Shown here: in pieces, positions 39,510 through 52,799 of the stretch
How the letters are laid out: each line of letters starts with the position of its first letter
Position numbering within the stretch: the first letter of the stretch is position 1
Assembly (NCBI GenBank): GCA_025786725.1
Contig: JAHLTZ010000005.1
Span: 434,001 to 498,000, forward strand
DNA length: 64,000 bases
Source: Syncephalis fuscata S228
Lineage: Eukaryota; Fungi; Zoopagomycota
Reading direction: 5' to 3'
Translations under genes and position numbers: made by a program
The notes under the pieces: generated by a model
Seen by the model: only the letters and a program-made list of their open reading frames with translations
Databases searched by the model: none
What the model was told of the DNA's origin: nothing

Positions 39510-40058
39510 GTTGGTATTTACTTTGACTTCCATATTTGGAGTCTTTAAAGCAAAATTCATTCCAATTGAAGTCATGCTGTTATGCATAACAAACACAGTT
39601 ATAATGTTTTCATTTGATTACTTGAAATTCACAAGGCCGATCATTATTATTGTTGGCCATGTGTAGAAAGATTGATTGAATATTAATAAAAGACATTGAT
39701 TGCAATTCCATATCGTTCGCAGTTGTTGTTATTGTTACTACGTACAGCGTGATTTCCTTGCGCCTGAATGGTCTTTTCTATTTTCCAATCTTCCACTGTT
39801 GCATTAACAGCATAATTAAATGTAACATTTTATTGTAAGTAGCATGAATACTATTTAACATTTATTAAAACTAATATTGGATATTGAAAATAGTGCAGAT
39901 TAATTGACACTGATTAATTCAATGGAGTTGATGTGGCACTACAACAAATAACACTTCTCAGTAGTAAAAACTGATTGTCGGTTTATTATTTGAATTATTA
40001 ATTTTTTGTCACAGTTTGAAGCAGGGACTCAAAGTGAAATAGCTCTCGTATAATAATA
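39510..40058 (-). repeat. Outer inverted repeat, right arm
   Basis: Reverse complement of 15508..16054. Confidence 0.92.
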
Positions 40059-40276
40059 AGGCATGTATTTAATTGTTAAAGATGCACTTGTAGTGTAACG
40101 CATCTAAAGAACGCCCATTAATACCTGTTTATGCTGTGCTGTTCATGCGGTACAATAGAGCATGCATGGCTTAAATATTGACATTCAAAGCAAAGTCTCT
40201 GCTGTCTAGCCTCTTTTTAATACTATTTTATTTAATCCAACATCATTACAGTGTGCTTTTATTTTGTTAATTTAAT

Positions 40277-40593
40277 ATGAAGTGTATTACAATTATATTA
40301 AGCGTAATAGCATTGAATCTATCGCTACAGGTGACATCTACCAATGCATTACCTCTACCGATTCAGAACCATATAGCTCTAGACCGTCGAGGTATGAATA
40401 GAAAGAAATTACTATTAAACTATCTAAATATTGCTATTAGCATCGAATCTTTTTAAAAAAACCAAATAGCAACACTCCAAAAGCAGTAGCACACTCTAGT
40501 GCTAATCCCAATGGCTCATCCGCATCCGCAAGTTCAGCAACTTTCGAACCTAATTCTAGATCTCGTTCAACAACAACGTCAAGTCGCAGTTAA
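40277..40593 (+). CDS. Small secreted peptide precursor (not in ORF track), 2 exons
   Basis: MKCITIILSVIALNLSLQVTSTNA-LPLPIQNHIALDRR, GT-AG intron 40392-40440, then ASNLFKK. As written it stops at 40469; one base fewer in the A7 run opens a Ser-rich tail to TAA at 40593. Confidence 0.6.
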
Positions 40594-40997
40594 TAATTGA
40601 TGTATTTATGGTACTGATGTCAATAGTAAATTGGTCTATATTTTGGTGTATAAAAATTCTATTGATTTATTCTAATCTTACAAATATTTATTAATATACA
40701 AATTACTATTTACAATACAATTGTACTACAAACTGCAACAGCGCTTTATTAACACAATAATAAATTAGCCGTATCAGCCATAGTGCCAGCAAACGATCGA
40801 CTTGCTCAATCAGTTCTATTGACCATTCGATCCGTAAAAGTCGCAAGAGCGTGGTTAGCTTTGATTGGTGGGCTTTTGTTCCGCGACTATATCCTAGTTG
40901 AGTATTTATTTATTGTATTCCATTCGCTGCCACTTCCCTATATTGCAATCTACAACTATCAGCACGTTACTTTTTACTTTTTTCATTTGCAGCAACT

Positions 40998-42093
40998 ATG
41001 TTTGCGCTGTTTGCCAGCGTTCTCGGCATTTACGCCTTCTTCCTGACCTGGTCGATACTTCAGGAGCGCATCAGCACCACACCTTACGGCGAGAATCAGG
41101 AACGCTTTCGCCACTTTATTGTGCTTAATGCCGTCCAAGCCTTTTGCGCGTCGCTGGTCGCACTCGGCTATATAAAAGTCACGGGCCGTACTTTAGGTTG
41201 GCCATCAACAGACTTGTTGAAAAAGTACATTCAGGCTGCGTGTACTAATGCGCTAGCTTCACCATTCGGCTATGCTGCTCTTAAGCATATCGACTACCGA
41301 CACTGATTCTTGGCAAGTCGTGTAAACTTGTACCAGTTATGTTTGTTAGCTTTGCACTTTATGGAAAACGCTACCCGCTTTACAAGTACCTTTCTGTTGC
41401 TGCCGTAACAGCCGGCGTTTCCTGCTTTATGTTATTGCAGCCAGCAAAAGCTGGCAGTGCCGCCACTAGCAGTTTATTTGGCCTGTCGCTTTTACTTATT
41501 AACTTATTGTTAGATGGTGCAACAAATAGCACTCAAGATCAAATATTTCACAAGTTCCGCGTAACTGGCCAACAAATGATGTACTTTATGAATTTATTTG
41601 GCGGTCTACTTATGGTACTATGGCTATTAAATCCATGGAATCCAGAGCTTGTGCAAGCGATTGCATTTTGCGCTCGACATCCAATGGCTATTAAGGACAT
41701 TCTTATATTTTCTTTCTGCGGCGCTCTTGGACAGTGCTTTATTTTCTTTACGCTGGCCGTTTTGGCTCGTTGGTGCTGGTCACCGTGACGGTTACGCGTA
41801 AAATGTTTAGCATGCTATTATCAGTCTTTTGGTTTGGACATGAGATGAACGGCGGCCAGTGGGCGGGTGTCGCCGTTGTATTCATTGGCATTACACTGGA
41901 AGCATATATGAAGAGCCGCGAAAGCAGCAAAGCAAAGGCACAGACAGCCAAGCTACCGGCTGGCAAGCTGCCCGCAGTAGACAAGCAAGTACTAATAGAT
42001 CAGGCAGGCATTAATGATGACTCAGCCAATAATGGCAGCGGAACGGCAACCGACTCTAGGAGACGTTCTACTCGTACTAGACGACGCAAGTAA
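40998..42093 (+). CDS. HUT1: UDP-galactose transporter homolog (SLC35B1/Hut1 family)
   Basis: [30 protein letters not shown](P)TLIL(G)[52 protein letters not shown]; two 1-nt deletions at ~41300 and ~41750. Confidence 0.93.
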
Positions 42094-42404
42094 GCATATA
42101 TTTATGCCCACCAAGAATTGCATAGTACGATTCAAGTTTGTATGGCTTAATTTTAAAAGTTATAAAATTATTGGATTATTAATCGTGTGTGTTTAATACA
42201 CTGTGTTGTTATCAATGAAATGTTTTTATAAAAATAATGTTGATTATGATCAAAAGTTTACTGCCTTTCTTGTCTTTATGAATCGCTGCTTTTTTCATTA
42301 TCCTACTACTCTACAGTATTGTTGATTTGCTACTATGAATAACAGCGGTATACAAGCTTATTTTTTATAGTTTAAGCAGCCACGACACATACTGTTAGTC
42401 ATAG

Positions 42405-44150
42405 ATGCAAACGGTAAGCTAAATAGCCAGTGGTTGTAAACCAATGTATACTTACACTAAATAGAGATCACAGCGTTTACGTTTGCCGGAGACGCAGCCA
42501 ACCACTCCACAGCCAAACGTGCCAGAAGAGTCAAATATGCCAGAAGCTCAAGCTAACGAGCAGACAAATGATAGTAATAACATTGAAGAGGCTGCAGAAA
42601 CAAGCAATGTAGCAATACAACAGCCTACACGCGACACTGCAAGTCTTACAAGTAAGTATAGCTTGTTAATTGATGCTATAACATGTTATTAAATACTGAG
42701 TATAGCAATGATACCAAGAAATGTGCGTAAACGTCCCCGAAATTCCAATAACTCGAACGAACATACTTTTACGGATATACAACAAAATGGTGAATCTAGT
42801 ACACAAGCAGGAATGGATTCTTTATCCAATAATTTATTGACAGCTTCTTCATCTTCTAATAGTAACAATATTAGCACTGTTACCACTAATACTACTACTA
42901 GCACCACTACTGATACTAGCACCACTAATATTGCCTCTATTGCCTCTAATACTGATACTATTGCTACATTTTCTCCTCTTACTTCTGACCTACAGTTTAT
43001 TGATCTTACTAATCTTGATGATGTTGAGGATCCAGTACAAGGTGGTAATCAACAATCGCCAGTGGTTATTCCATCGGATGATGAAGAAAATGATAATACT
43101 GTAGAAACGACTAGAAGATTGCATCCACCTTTGCATAGGCGTAGAAGGAGAACAAACTACAATTCGATATATGCGCAAGAAGACGAATGGGATGATACTG
43201 AATGGGAAGAGGCTGAATGGGCAGGCGACATATATGATAATATGTCGGGAATGCAACAGGATGTGGATGCAGTGAATTTGCTACTGGATGTACAACGACG
43301 TGCACGCTTAGAGAGTAGAAGAAGCGAACGACAAGTAGAAGAAGGTAGAAGAATGAACGATTTATAAACCAGGATATGATGCCATGGACGCCAGCTACAT
43401 TTCCACAGCTTCCTCGACTGTTTGCAAGTCCAACTAGAAGAACAAGACAGCAGAATATAGGAGTGCAAGAGCATACATTCTTAGGTGGTGTTACTCGTTC
43501 GCTATTTCCTGATGAAGAAATTTGGCGTATACACCCATGGCGTGCTTTAATGGAGCCTATTACTTTGCATGGATCTCAGCTGCCATTAGGTGGTGTAGGG
43601 TCAGCTTTTTTGACCGATTATTTGGCAGTAGCAACCAGCATGCTGCTGAGTCAGATGTAATTCCTGAACGGAATATAACACCATTACCTTCGGCGCGTGC
43701 TGGATATTCGCGAAATATTCTACCAGAAGATGAAGAAAATGAACAGCAGCCACCAATGGAATCAGTAGCAGTATCCGCACCTCAGCTGATAATTCATCAA
43801 TTGAACAGATAGATGCAGATTCAAAAGAAAAGGGCAAGCAGCCAGTTAGTACTCAAGAAGAAGAAGCCGAAGAGGGCAGGACAGCATCGATAGAGTTATC
43901 CGCACAGGTTGAAGTAGAAGCAGATATTATAGAAAGTGATTATATTTGCGCGCGGTGTAATGGTGGATTGGCAATCTACGCACCAGATACGGAGAACATT
44001 GAAAAAATTGGCAGTACAGTCATTTATGCCAACAAGTGCGGCCATGTGTTCTGCGGCGACTGTCTCAAGCCTTTGAGAAGTCGAAAGAAATGTCCGGTCT
44101 GCAATGCACCAGCTAATTCGCGTAGTTTTCGACGACTCTACTTGGCATAA
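42405..44150 (+). CDS. SIM-containing C-terminal RING protein, SUMO-targeted ubiquitin ligase (Slx8/RNF4-like)
   Basis: MQT|RSQRLRLP start; SIM-like FIDLTNLDD and VVIPSDDEE; terminal RING CARC...KCGHVFCGDC......KKCPVC......FRRLYL*; several frameshifts. Confidence 0.7.
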
Positions 44151-44269
44151 TGCTTTGCACATGTATATTTAAAATAGAATTTGTATTTTTATTTGTATTT
44201 GCAGATAGCTGGTTGGCAATGATTATTTTTACAATTAAAATTAATAATATAAACGTAAATAGATTTAGT

Positions 44270-44914
44270 TTATTGTCTAAAAGTCAGTGGCTTTGGAATG
44301 GGCATATTATAGTCGAAATATCGTACAGCAATGCATTGGTTATATTGAACTTGAAACTTAAACATGAGCTCAGTTATCTTTGCATGCACGTCGGGTACAT
44401 CAGCCACATAATCCTAATAAAATAATGAATATATTAGTACCACTAGATTCAATGTGTAATGTATAAAGACTTACATATATGTCTATTAATAGTGTTTGGA
44501 ATAAGTCGCGATGGTTTGTACAAATAACATAGACGGGAAGGCCACTGGCAGACCAATGGTCGTCTTTCTTTTTTGTTAAGATGGCGGGACTAGTGAGCCA
44601 GTGGCTGTCTCGTTCTTGCCGCCATGGATTTAGCATATGTAGGCGATAGTTGTCCCATATAAATGTTTTTCCTGTGCCAATCGATTGCTCTATATCAGGT
44701 GTTAATCGATTGACGTTGGCCAGCACAACACTAGGTTCTTCAGAACATTGGGGATTTTATTAAGCGGGCTTGAAGACCGGCTATTGGGAGGCGTTATCAT
44801 AAATGGTTCACTAAAGGATACTGCATGTGTAGGGCGTCCTAGCGCTGTATCGGAAAACAAGATCAAAGTAAAGAATGCTGAGATAGCAACGAAAATGATA
44901 GAAATTGAGCACAT
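44270..44914 (-). CDS. Small secreted protein, possibly an isolated kinase N-lobe-like domain; 2 exons
   Basis: Signal peptide MCSISIIFVAISAFFTLILFSDTALG-RP; frameshift at ~44730; intron ~44474-44414; ends GLPVYVICTN...DIY|DYVADVPDVHAKITELMFKFQVQYNQCIAVRYFDYNMPIPKPLTFRQ*. Confidence 0.6.
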
Positions 44915-45603
44915 AATGTTTATGAATTTTTAAAACGTAACTAGTGGAGTAAAAGAATGATGGCGTGTTGTATTGGCGTGTGATACGAAATGGCAAATAA
45001 ACACGGCTTAAATAGTGTCATACAAGCAAGACTACAGCTTAGGACGTATTCTTAATATGGCTTTGTTCCATGTTTATGTAGCCATAATCAGCAAGAGAAC
45101 GTGACAATATGTCGCATGACTTTTTAAATATTATGAACCCAAATTAATCTCAGATAGATCAGATGTAAAAAAAGATCCGATAGAATTTTCTTTAATTGTT
45201 CAATCTACTAACCAATCAATTAGTTAGCTATTGTTAGTAAATTGGCTATAGATGCCAAATTAGTAATAAAGAATGCACAACATATTTCTACTTGGGCAAT
45301 TTAAAGATCAAATAACATCACATTTATTAATAATCTATTTATATCGAGTATGCCACGTGAACTAACGATGCATAATCCTGCTCATGCATAATGCGTTAAC
45401 GCTCATGTTGCAGCAACAATGCAGAAATGATTCAGCAAGAACCAACTTGACCATTTTTACTTTTATTATAGCGCTGCGCGCAATATGCTAAGCATTATAT
45501 TCATATAGTTATTCCTTATTGATCAACTATTAAATGTTTATTTGTACTAATTCTATCAATTACTACTACTACTACTACTACTACTAATATTATTATTATC
45601 AAT

Positions 45604-46491
45604 ATGGCCACAATGATCAATCTACCTGGAAATCAAGTGGTATTTGAATATCTGACAAGCTCGAGCAGAAGTCTTGCCGAGCGCCGCTCAACTGGTCGCG
45701 CATCATACGTAATTATTCTATTACATTCTATATTTCTTGTTATCTGTTTAAGAAACCTTGTTTATTCTGCATCTATGACCATTCAATATCGTCGTAAATT
45801 TGCTCCAATTTGTTGTTTGATCTATTCAGCGAGTGGCCTTATATATATAATATCAGCACTGGCCTACTTTTCTCCCTATGATCTTTCATGCGCTAACTTG
45901 GTGGTTATTGCACATGTCACTATATTTTCCGGCGGTATCATTGAATATATATTCGTGGCGGAACGTGCCTATATTGCTCGTCGCAAAAGCCGGCTAATAT
46001 TGACGATAGGCTTCTTGCTTATCGCAGTTCGTATCACATATGGTGCCATAGCCTGGAACGTGCTTAAAAGTACCTTCGATCGCACGGGTATGTGCATAGG
46101 AACGTTTCCTTTTTATGTACCTTATATTCGCTTTGGCTATGATGCTGTATTTACTGCAACATTTTGTATCGTATTTGTTCATGTGGCCATTCAAATGTAC
46201 TGTCGCAACAGAACTGATGCATGGCGAAAACTGGCCCAAAGAGGAATCATTGCTATGTTATCGGTTATTGCAACTCATTTAGCAGCTATGGTTTGTGTTG
46301 TAAGTCATATGTTTGGAGATAAATCAGGATATGCATATTTGGTTTCTTGGTAAGTTTATATCAGTGTATAAGCAAGTTATTATACTAATAGCTTTATTAC
46401 TTGTTAGGATAACTATACTTACTTTACTTGTTAATTACACACGCTCAGTAAAAATATTGCAGATTCAAATGAGCTTGATTATTCAAGCTAA
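45604..46491 (+). CDS. Lineage-specific 7TM (GPCR-like) membrane protein, paralog 2 (3' end approximate)
   Basis: 249-aa hydrophobic exon with RNLVYS, LSCANL, FVAERAY, GMC..FPFY, AWRKLAQRG; intron from 46350; last exon WITILTLLVNY. Confidence 0.7.
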
Positions 46492-46544
46492 TTATAGATG
46501 TAATGCACAATTTATTATAAAATATTTTAAAGTAATTCAAAATT

Positions 46545-47616
46545 CTATTGGTTATTTGTAAAGTGTAAAGGCTGCGTTAATGAATCTGGCAAAGAAAAGT
46601 GATTGCTTAGCTGTTGATCTAAAAAAATACCATTTAAATCATTAGTAAATGTGTTGAATAAGCTTGAAAAGTCGATGGTATTTGAAGCTGAAATAGCCTC
46701 CAATTCCATGTCAGTCGGTGGTGCAAAGTTCATGATTTCGGGGTTTGTATTAAAGTGCATTGTTTCGTGTAATAAATTGTTTTCAAGTAGCAGATTCATG
46801 GGCGTGAACTCTGGTATTTCCGGAGTACTATTATTAAAGTCTATGGGTGTTTGCAATGATAGGTCTTCAATCTTTATATCCGACGGCATCAAGTCCGGAA
46901 TATCAAATATACTGTCGAAAGTTAAAGCGGGTGCTAAATTGTTGAAATGATGGCTACTTAAAAAGTCCATTGGTGCACCAATAATATCATGTAGCGTACT
47001 TTCAGTTGGTATACTAGCTATTGGCGGCTTTGTTTCATTAACTGAACTACAATCTAGTTATTTATTGTTAGTAGTAATAAATAATACACGATATAATATA
47101 TTTACCTATTAGTTGGCGCCTCTTCGAGTATCTAGACAAGTATTTACTGCTATGGCTATTTGGCTTTATCTTTACTTTCGAGTCTTTGGGCGTGGCTGAG
47201 CGTGGCGACGCTTGATTTTAGTAATTAATTCGCGTTGGCCACGTCTAAAATCAGGATGAGCAAATACAATTGGTTCTTTTATTTTTGATTTTCGTGTTGC
47301 ACGGCCATCGGATTGACGTTTAATTCATACATCTATAGAAAAATACATTAGCGTTAATTGTAATCTAGCCATTAATACTTACATTTAATTGGCGTTCAAA
47401 TGAAGTAAAATGATTCTGTGCAGTAAACGATCCCAAAACATATAGGGTAAAATGTTTTTTGGATGGTATAATAAATTCAGTGCCATCATAGTTCCAATAA
47501 ATAAAGCGCTTGTAATCGCCACTTTCAATAGCACTAATAACAAAACAGCAATGATTTAGAACATTTATTAGACCACATATAGATGTAAACTTACTTAAAA
47601 GTTCCTTTACAAACAT
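46545..47616 (-). CDS. HSF-type DNA-binding domain transcription factor (short, 4 exons)
   Basis: MFVKELL|.AIESGDYKRFIYWNYDGTEFII....FTLYVL.......HFTSFERQLN|MYE(F)KR.SD......FAHPDFRRGQRELITKIKRR, followed by an acidic/hydrophobic activation-like tail. Confidence 0.88.
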
Positions 47617-48320
47617 GTTACTTAGTCGGATGGGACAAGAAAAGTGTAGTTATTAGCAGTTTATCAGCTGAGGTACAAAAAGATTGCTTGTGTTTTATTC
47701 TGTTTAACCAATTGCTGTGCACTGTTTATATAGACGAAATCTGAGTCAATTATTTTATCAAGTTTAATGCTACATAGTAGCGGAGGCCAGCATTGCAAAA
47801 ATCAATGGCCTTTTCGGTATTCATGATATTGTATTCGTGATGTGTAATTGGTTGCACAGGTCATAGTAACCTTTGACTTCAAGCGTGTATTTGTCTCGCC
47901 ATAACAAAGCGATATTCATGGTGCCACCAGACTATACTGTAGACATCTCAATGGATTTGTTATCTGTTTCAAGCTATTCTAGTACCCCGACATTACAGTT
48001 ACACATCATTGCATTGGCCATTTAACATTACTCGGGTACCTGCAATATGATCCTTGTTTCGCCATACTGCGTAGCTGATTATTGTCAAACGATGACAGTA
48101 TTGTGTTAGGTCCAGCCATCGCTGGCTTGTTCTACTATTAAACAAAAACTGTACAAAATGTTTTTACTTGCAACAAAACAACAACAATATTAGGCACCAG
48201 AACTGCCATGTGATGTACAAATCTTAGTTATGAATGCAAATGTTTTATTGCTATGAAACGCCCATACGTAAATTAGTCAGCGATAGTTTAAGCAAAGCAT
48301 TTGTAAAAAGACGACTTTAA

Positions 48321-50238
48321 TTAGATTTTCTTCATCAAATAACTAAGTAGATCCACTTTAGTTACTACATGCTTGGCAGCCATAGAAGCCGTGCTAGAAG
48401 AGGAATCGGTGGGTCGTTCAGTGATAATAGCAGCACTGTGGTGCTCAAAGAATGTTTCCAAATCATGTAAGGGCGTGTCGACTGTGATTTCGGTAAATGG
48501 ATGTTTAGCCGATGGCGTAAAATGGAACATTACTTGTTCCACAGTGGAGTCTGGTGTTGCACGACCAGAAGAAATGCGCGACAACACATGGCCAAGTGTA
48601 ACAAGGCCGACCAAGCGCGACGTGTTGGTCGAGACCACTGGCAACTGGTCAAAGCCATCTCGTTGCATAATCTCGGTAGCTTGTCGGCAAGATGTCTAAA
48701 AATGACGCATAATAAGCGTGTTATGTTACTGGTATTGTTCGTATGGTTGGCATATGTGCCAAATGGCTAGGCCATACCTGTTCGTTCACCGTAACAGCAT
48801 CGGCTAAGCGAAGGTCCTTAACGGTAGCACCATTCCAGCGATCTTCGGTGGCCGGTACAGTTGATGGTGCAGCAGGTGTTACAGTTGGCAAATAGCCATA
48901 TTCCTGCATCCACTCATCGCTCAAGAACTTGGTCATGTAGTTACGTACTGAATCGGGTAAAATAACCACGCAGCGCTGACCTTTCTTGAGTGAACGAGCA
49001 AACTTGAGTGCACCAGCCAACGCTGAGCCAGATGATCCACCTAGTGAACACCACCATCATATTAGCACACCACCACCATTGTTATTGTAGGTCCGTGCAT
49101 CTGTTTATCCTGTCAATACTACTTACCGCATAGAATGCCTTCCTCACGAATAAGGCGACGGGACAAAGTGAACGACTCATTATCAGCCGACTTGTACCAT
49201 TCATCAATATACTTGCGATCCAGAACATCAGGAATAAAGTCGTAGCCAATACCTTCAACCTAGATATGCAGTTTGTTACTGTTGCTATCTTTAGCCATAT
49301 TCTTTATTCATACCTTATATGATTCTACTTTGTCGTTAAGCGATGCTGGTTCGGCCAGAATAGAACCGTGTGGATCGACACCCACAATCTATATACAGTG
49401 TTTTATTAATGATTCAATCTCATACTGGCCAGTTCCATGCTGTTAATTACCTTGACATTGGGACAAGCCTCCTTAAGTTTCTTAGCAATACCGGTAATAG
49501 TACCACCAGTGCCCGCGCCAGCAACAAGCATATCTACATGGCCATCACACGACTTTAGAATCTCCTCTGCTGTTCCATAGTAATGAGCAAGTGGGTTGTT
49601 TGGATTTGAGTACTGGTCTAGAATAACACTATTGGGTATTTCGGCATTTAACTTCTTAGCCACGCCAATATGTGATTCTGGTGCATCCCAGGCAGCTTCA
49701 GTTGGTGTACGAATGATTTCTGCACCAAGTGCTTTAAGCACATCAACCTATTACATTAATACATTAATGCATTATTGTTGTTAGATGATTAGTAAGTATT
49801 ACTGCTTAATACAAATGGTATTTGATATGTACCTTTTCTTTACTCATTTTCTCTGGCAGTGTAATAATAACACGATATCCTTTAACGGCACCAGCCAATG
49901 CTAGACCAATACCGGTATTACCGGAAGTTGGTTCGATAATCGTTGAAATGCCAGGCTTAAGAATGCCGGCCTTTTCTGCCTCTTCCACCATACGCTTGCC
50001 AATACGATCCTTCACTGAGCCGCCTGCATTGAAGAACTCGCACTTGACGAGCATCTCACATTCAATGCCCAAAGACTGAGGAATACGGTTAAGACGCACA
50101 AGTGGCGTATTGCCAATGTGGTCGAGGATAGTATCGCATATCTTTTTGTCTTGGCTATACGGTAGTATTGAGTATTAGTAACCAGGTATTCATATCACTA
50201 TTGCTATAGCCAGTACATCACTGGTATACGCACGTCAT
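48321..50238 (-). CDS. CYS4: Cystathionine beta-synthase (no N-terminal heme domain; C-terminal CBS pair)
   Basis: MT|[80 protein letters not shown], then CBS domains ending [11 protein letters not shown]. Confidence 0.97.
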
Positions 50239-50469
50239 AATGTCAATTGACTAAACGGTTGATCAAACAAGTGGCAGCACAAGTAAATATTAAACAATAA
50301 CTGGCAATAACAAGGCAAAGAGCAGAACACAGGCGCAGAATAGAAGCAAGAGTGGTGGTGGGAGCGTGGGTTTAAAAAGTGAACATATTTTCTACGGTAA
50401 CGTCATTCACTCACAAAATGATTAATAATCCCAAACTAATTAATCCAAAATGGAAATCGTATTTTATTA

Positions 50470-51852
50470 TTAACCAAGTACATCATCTAACCAGGCCGTC
50501 ATATTGGCTGATTTTTTTGATTGATCTTTAGAAGAATTGGTTGTAGCAGTAGTATACTAGTAGAAGATGGTGCACCACGTCCCTACCACGTCCACGACCA
50601 CGTCCACGACCACGTCACGAGTAGTAGTAGTAGTAATCATGCTACTAGAACCTTCAGATGTATCTGCACCTAATAATAATTAATGTAAATAAAAAACTTT
50701 AAATATAATACTCATCCAATTTACCTTTCATCTCACATTTGTTAATGGTAGGCGATTTAGATACTTGTGTTAATACATTACTATTTGATGACAGTTGATT
50801 AGATTTAGATGATATGGTTGGTGTTATTTGCGATTTTAACATAGTATGAGGTGTAGATGATTTTTTACAGACCGAGTTGGATTAGTTTGGTTACTACTAA
50901 TTTTCTCATTATCTGCATTATCATCTGAAGCTGTTGACTGTTCAGTATTCAAAGTATTAGGTACAGATTTCAATGTATCACGGCGTTTCTTTAATGCTTC
51001 AGTAAGGTCGGTAATGGCATTTTGAGCAATAATTGGACTATCCAATGGTATTAAATCCATATCCTAATAGTTTTAATTAGAATTTGGTATTACAAACTAT
51101 TTATTACTTACATCGCCTCAATATTTGGCCATTGATTAGTATTGCGATATTGTTAATAAATCTTCATCATCACCAAAGTTTTGTAGTGACAAATCTGTTG
51201 TTACTGAGGCTTTAATATCCAACTGTTGCCACAAACTTAGTGAGCCTAATGCTGTTTCTAAATCACCGTATTCAACTTGTAATCCTGAAGCATCTACAGA
51301 CTGTAAAATAGGCAATAAGCATTTGTTAATTGCCAATAATACTTGCTATGGCTTACTTGACTCGAATCCTCCGATTCAAACCAAGTTTGTTCATCCTTAA
51401 ACTGGAAGAACGAGCTCTGATCCAATGCAACATGTTCTATAGTTTATACTAATTACTCACTTGCCAATTAATAAATGTCTATATACCTTGTTTTTGAATA
51501 ATAGCTAAAAGTTGGCTTATATCATATGCTTCTTGAGCCTCGGTGCGTGCCTCATCCGTATCAAGTTCATCCACGCCTAGCAAGTCTTCTTCATTATCGC
51601 TTGGTGGTATTCACCGGCTATAGCCGCTGTTTCTCCAAATATATTTGTAGCCGGTAGTGTTTCTTTTACTGAATGTAGCGGTAATATTTAACAATAGTGA
51701 CGATAAATATAACAGCCATTTACCTGGCTTATCTGACCGAGTGCCACGGCGACCACCGCGACTACTTGTTGCTGCTACAGTCTGTCCTAAGCGGTGGTCT
51801 TTTTCACTTGATAGCGCCGTGAAGCACGCTGCTTATGCGGATCAGGCTTCAT
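50470..51852 (-). CDS. Aven-like RGG protein (multi-exon, frameshifts)
   Basis: MKPDPHKQRASRRYQ start, SRGGRRG, YSR.., SSFFQFKDEQTWF (cf. Aven F.FKEE..W), RG-repeat block at 50578-50620, C-terminus MTAWLDDVLG*. Confidence 0.55.
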
Positions 51853-51977
51853 CGTAAAAATGAAAGGGGAATTAACAGTAAATAACAAAGTATTGCTTGT
51901 TTTACAAACGTTTACTATTTACGCGCAATTGTCGCCACTATTTCTACATTTATTATAGAAACGAATAACAGCACTTT

Positions 51978-52799
51978 ATGGAGACACTATTACGACAATT
52001 ACGTGCACGAGGTGCATATATAACAATGAACTGGCTTGAAGCGTGTATTAATCAGTTGCCGCCAAGTAGTGCGACTACTGCAACACAGCGATTAGAAGCC
52101 GTTTGGCAGCGCTATCTTCGTCTATCACTAAATGATACTAGCGAGAAGGCACTGCCTACTAATGCATTACATACACATAGAGTTGTTTTAAAAGCGTGTA
52201 TACTTGAAGTGGCGGCAGTTGACGAGATCGGCTACGCGCACACCCGCTTACTTGATGCAATAGCCGGTCCGATATTGCCAGGTGGTGTCCAACAAGCAAC
52301 AACGACAGCGGATGAAACGGACGAAGAAAGTGACGAGGCACTTCATGGTTTGGATACTGCTACTGCAGCTGGTATCGATGCTGCAGATTCATCTACACGT
52401 CGTTTACCGCGCGGTACACTTAAGCTTACATTAACGGATGGTTATGAGGTGATATTTGGTTTAGAGAAAAAGTTTGTATCAGCACTTGATTTACGAATGC
52501 CACCAGGTAGCAAGGTAAATGATTTATAAATAGTTATTTAATACTAATGTTTATTACGAATGTGTCTGGCATATGGCTAGCTATGGATTGCTGAAACTGA
52601 GATACGACGTGGTGTCATTTATCTAAAGCCAGAAGCAATACGTGTATTACGGTGTGGACGCAATGCCGCTAGTTTATCAGCTATGAGCAACATTGCACTT
52701 GATGCTAATCAACGGGAATTAATAGCTATGGAAGAGCTTGAATTACGTTTACAGCGTGAACTAGATCATATAAGCTCAACGACAGCACGATCATCTTAA
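51978..52799 (+). CDS. RMI1: RecQ-mediated genome instability protein 1 (N-terminal helical and OB domain)
   Basis: NWLEACI, ILEVAAVDEIG, PRGTLKLTLTDG..IFGLE......LDLRMPPGSK|LWIAETEIRRGVIYLKPEAIRVL; intron 52515-52580. Confidence 0.88.

Noticed and set aside
50578-50620. CCACGT/CCACGA tandem repeat as a regulatory array or CRISPR-like repeat
   Set aside because: It encodes an RG-repeat on the minus strand of the Aven-like gene and has no spacers
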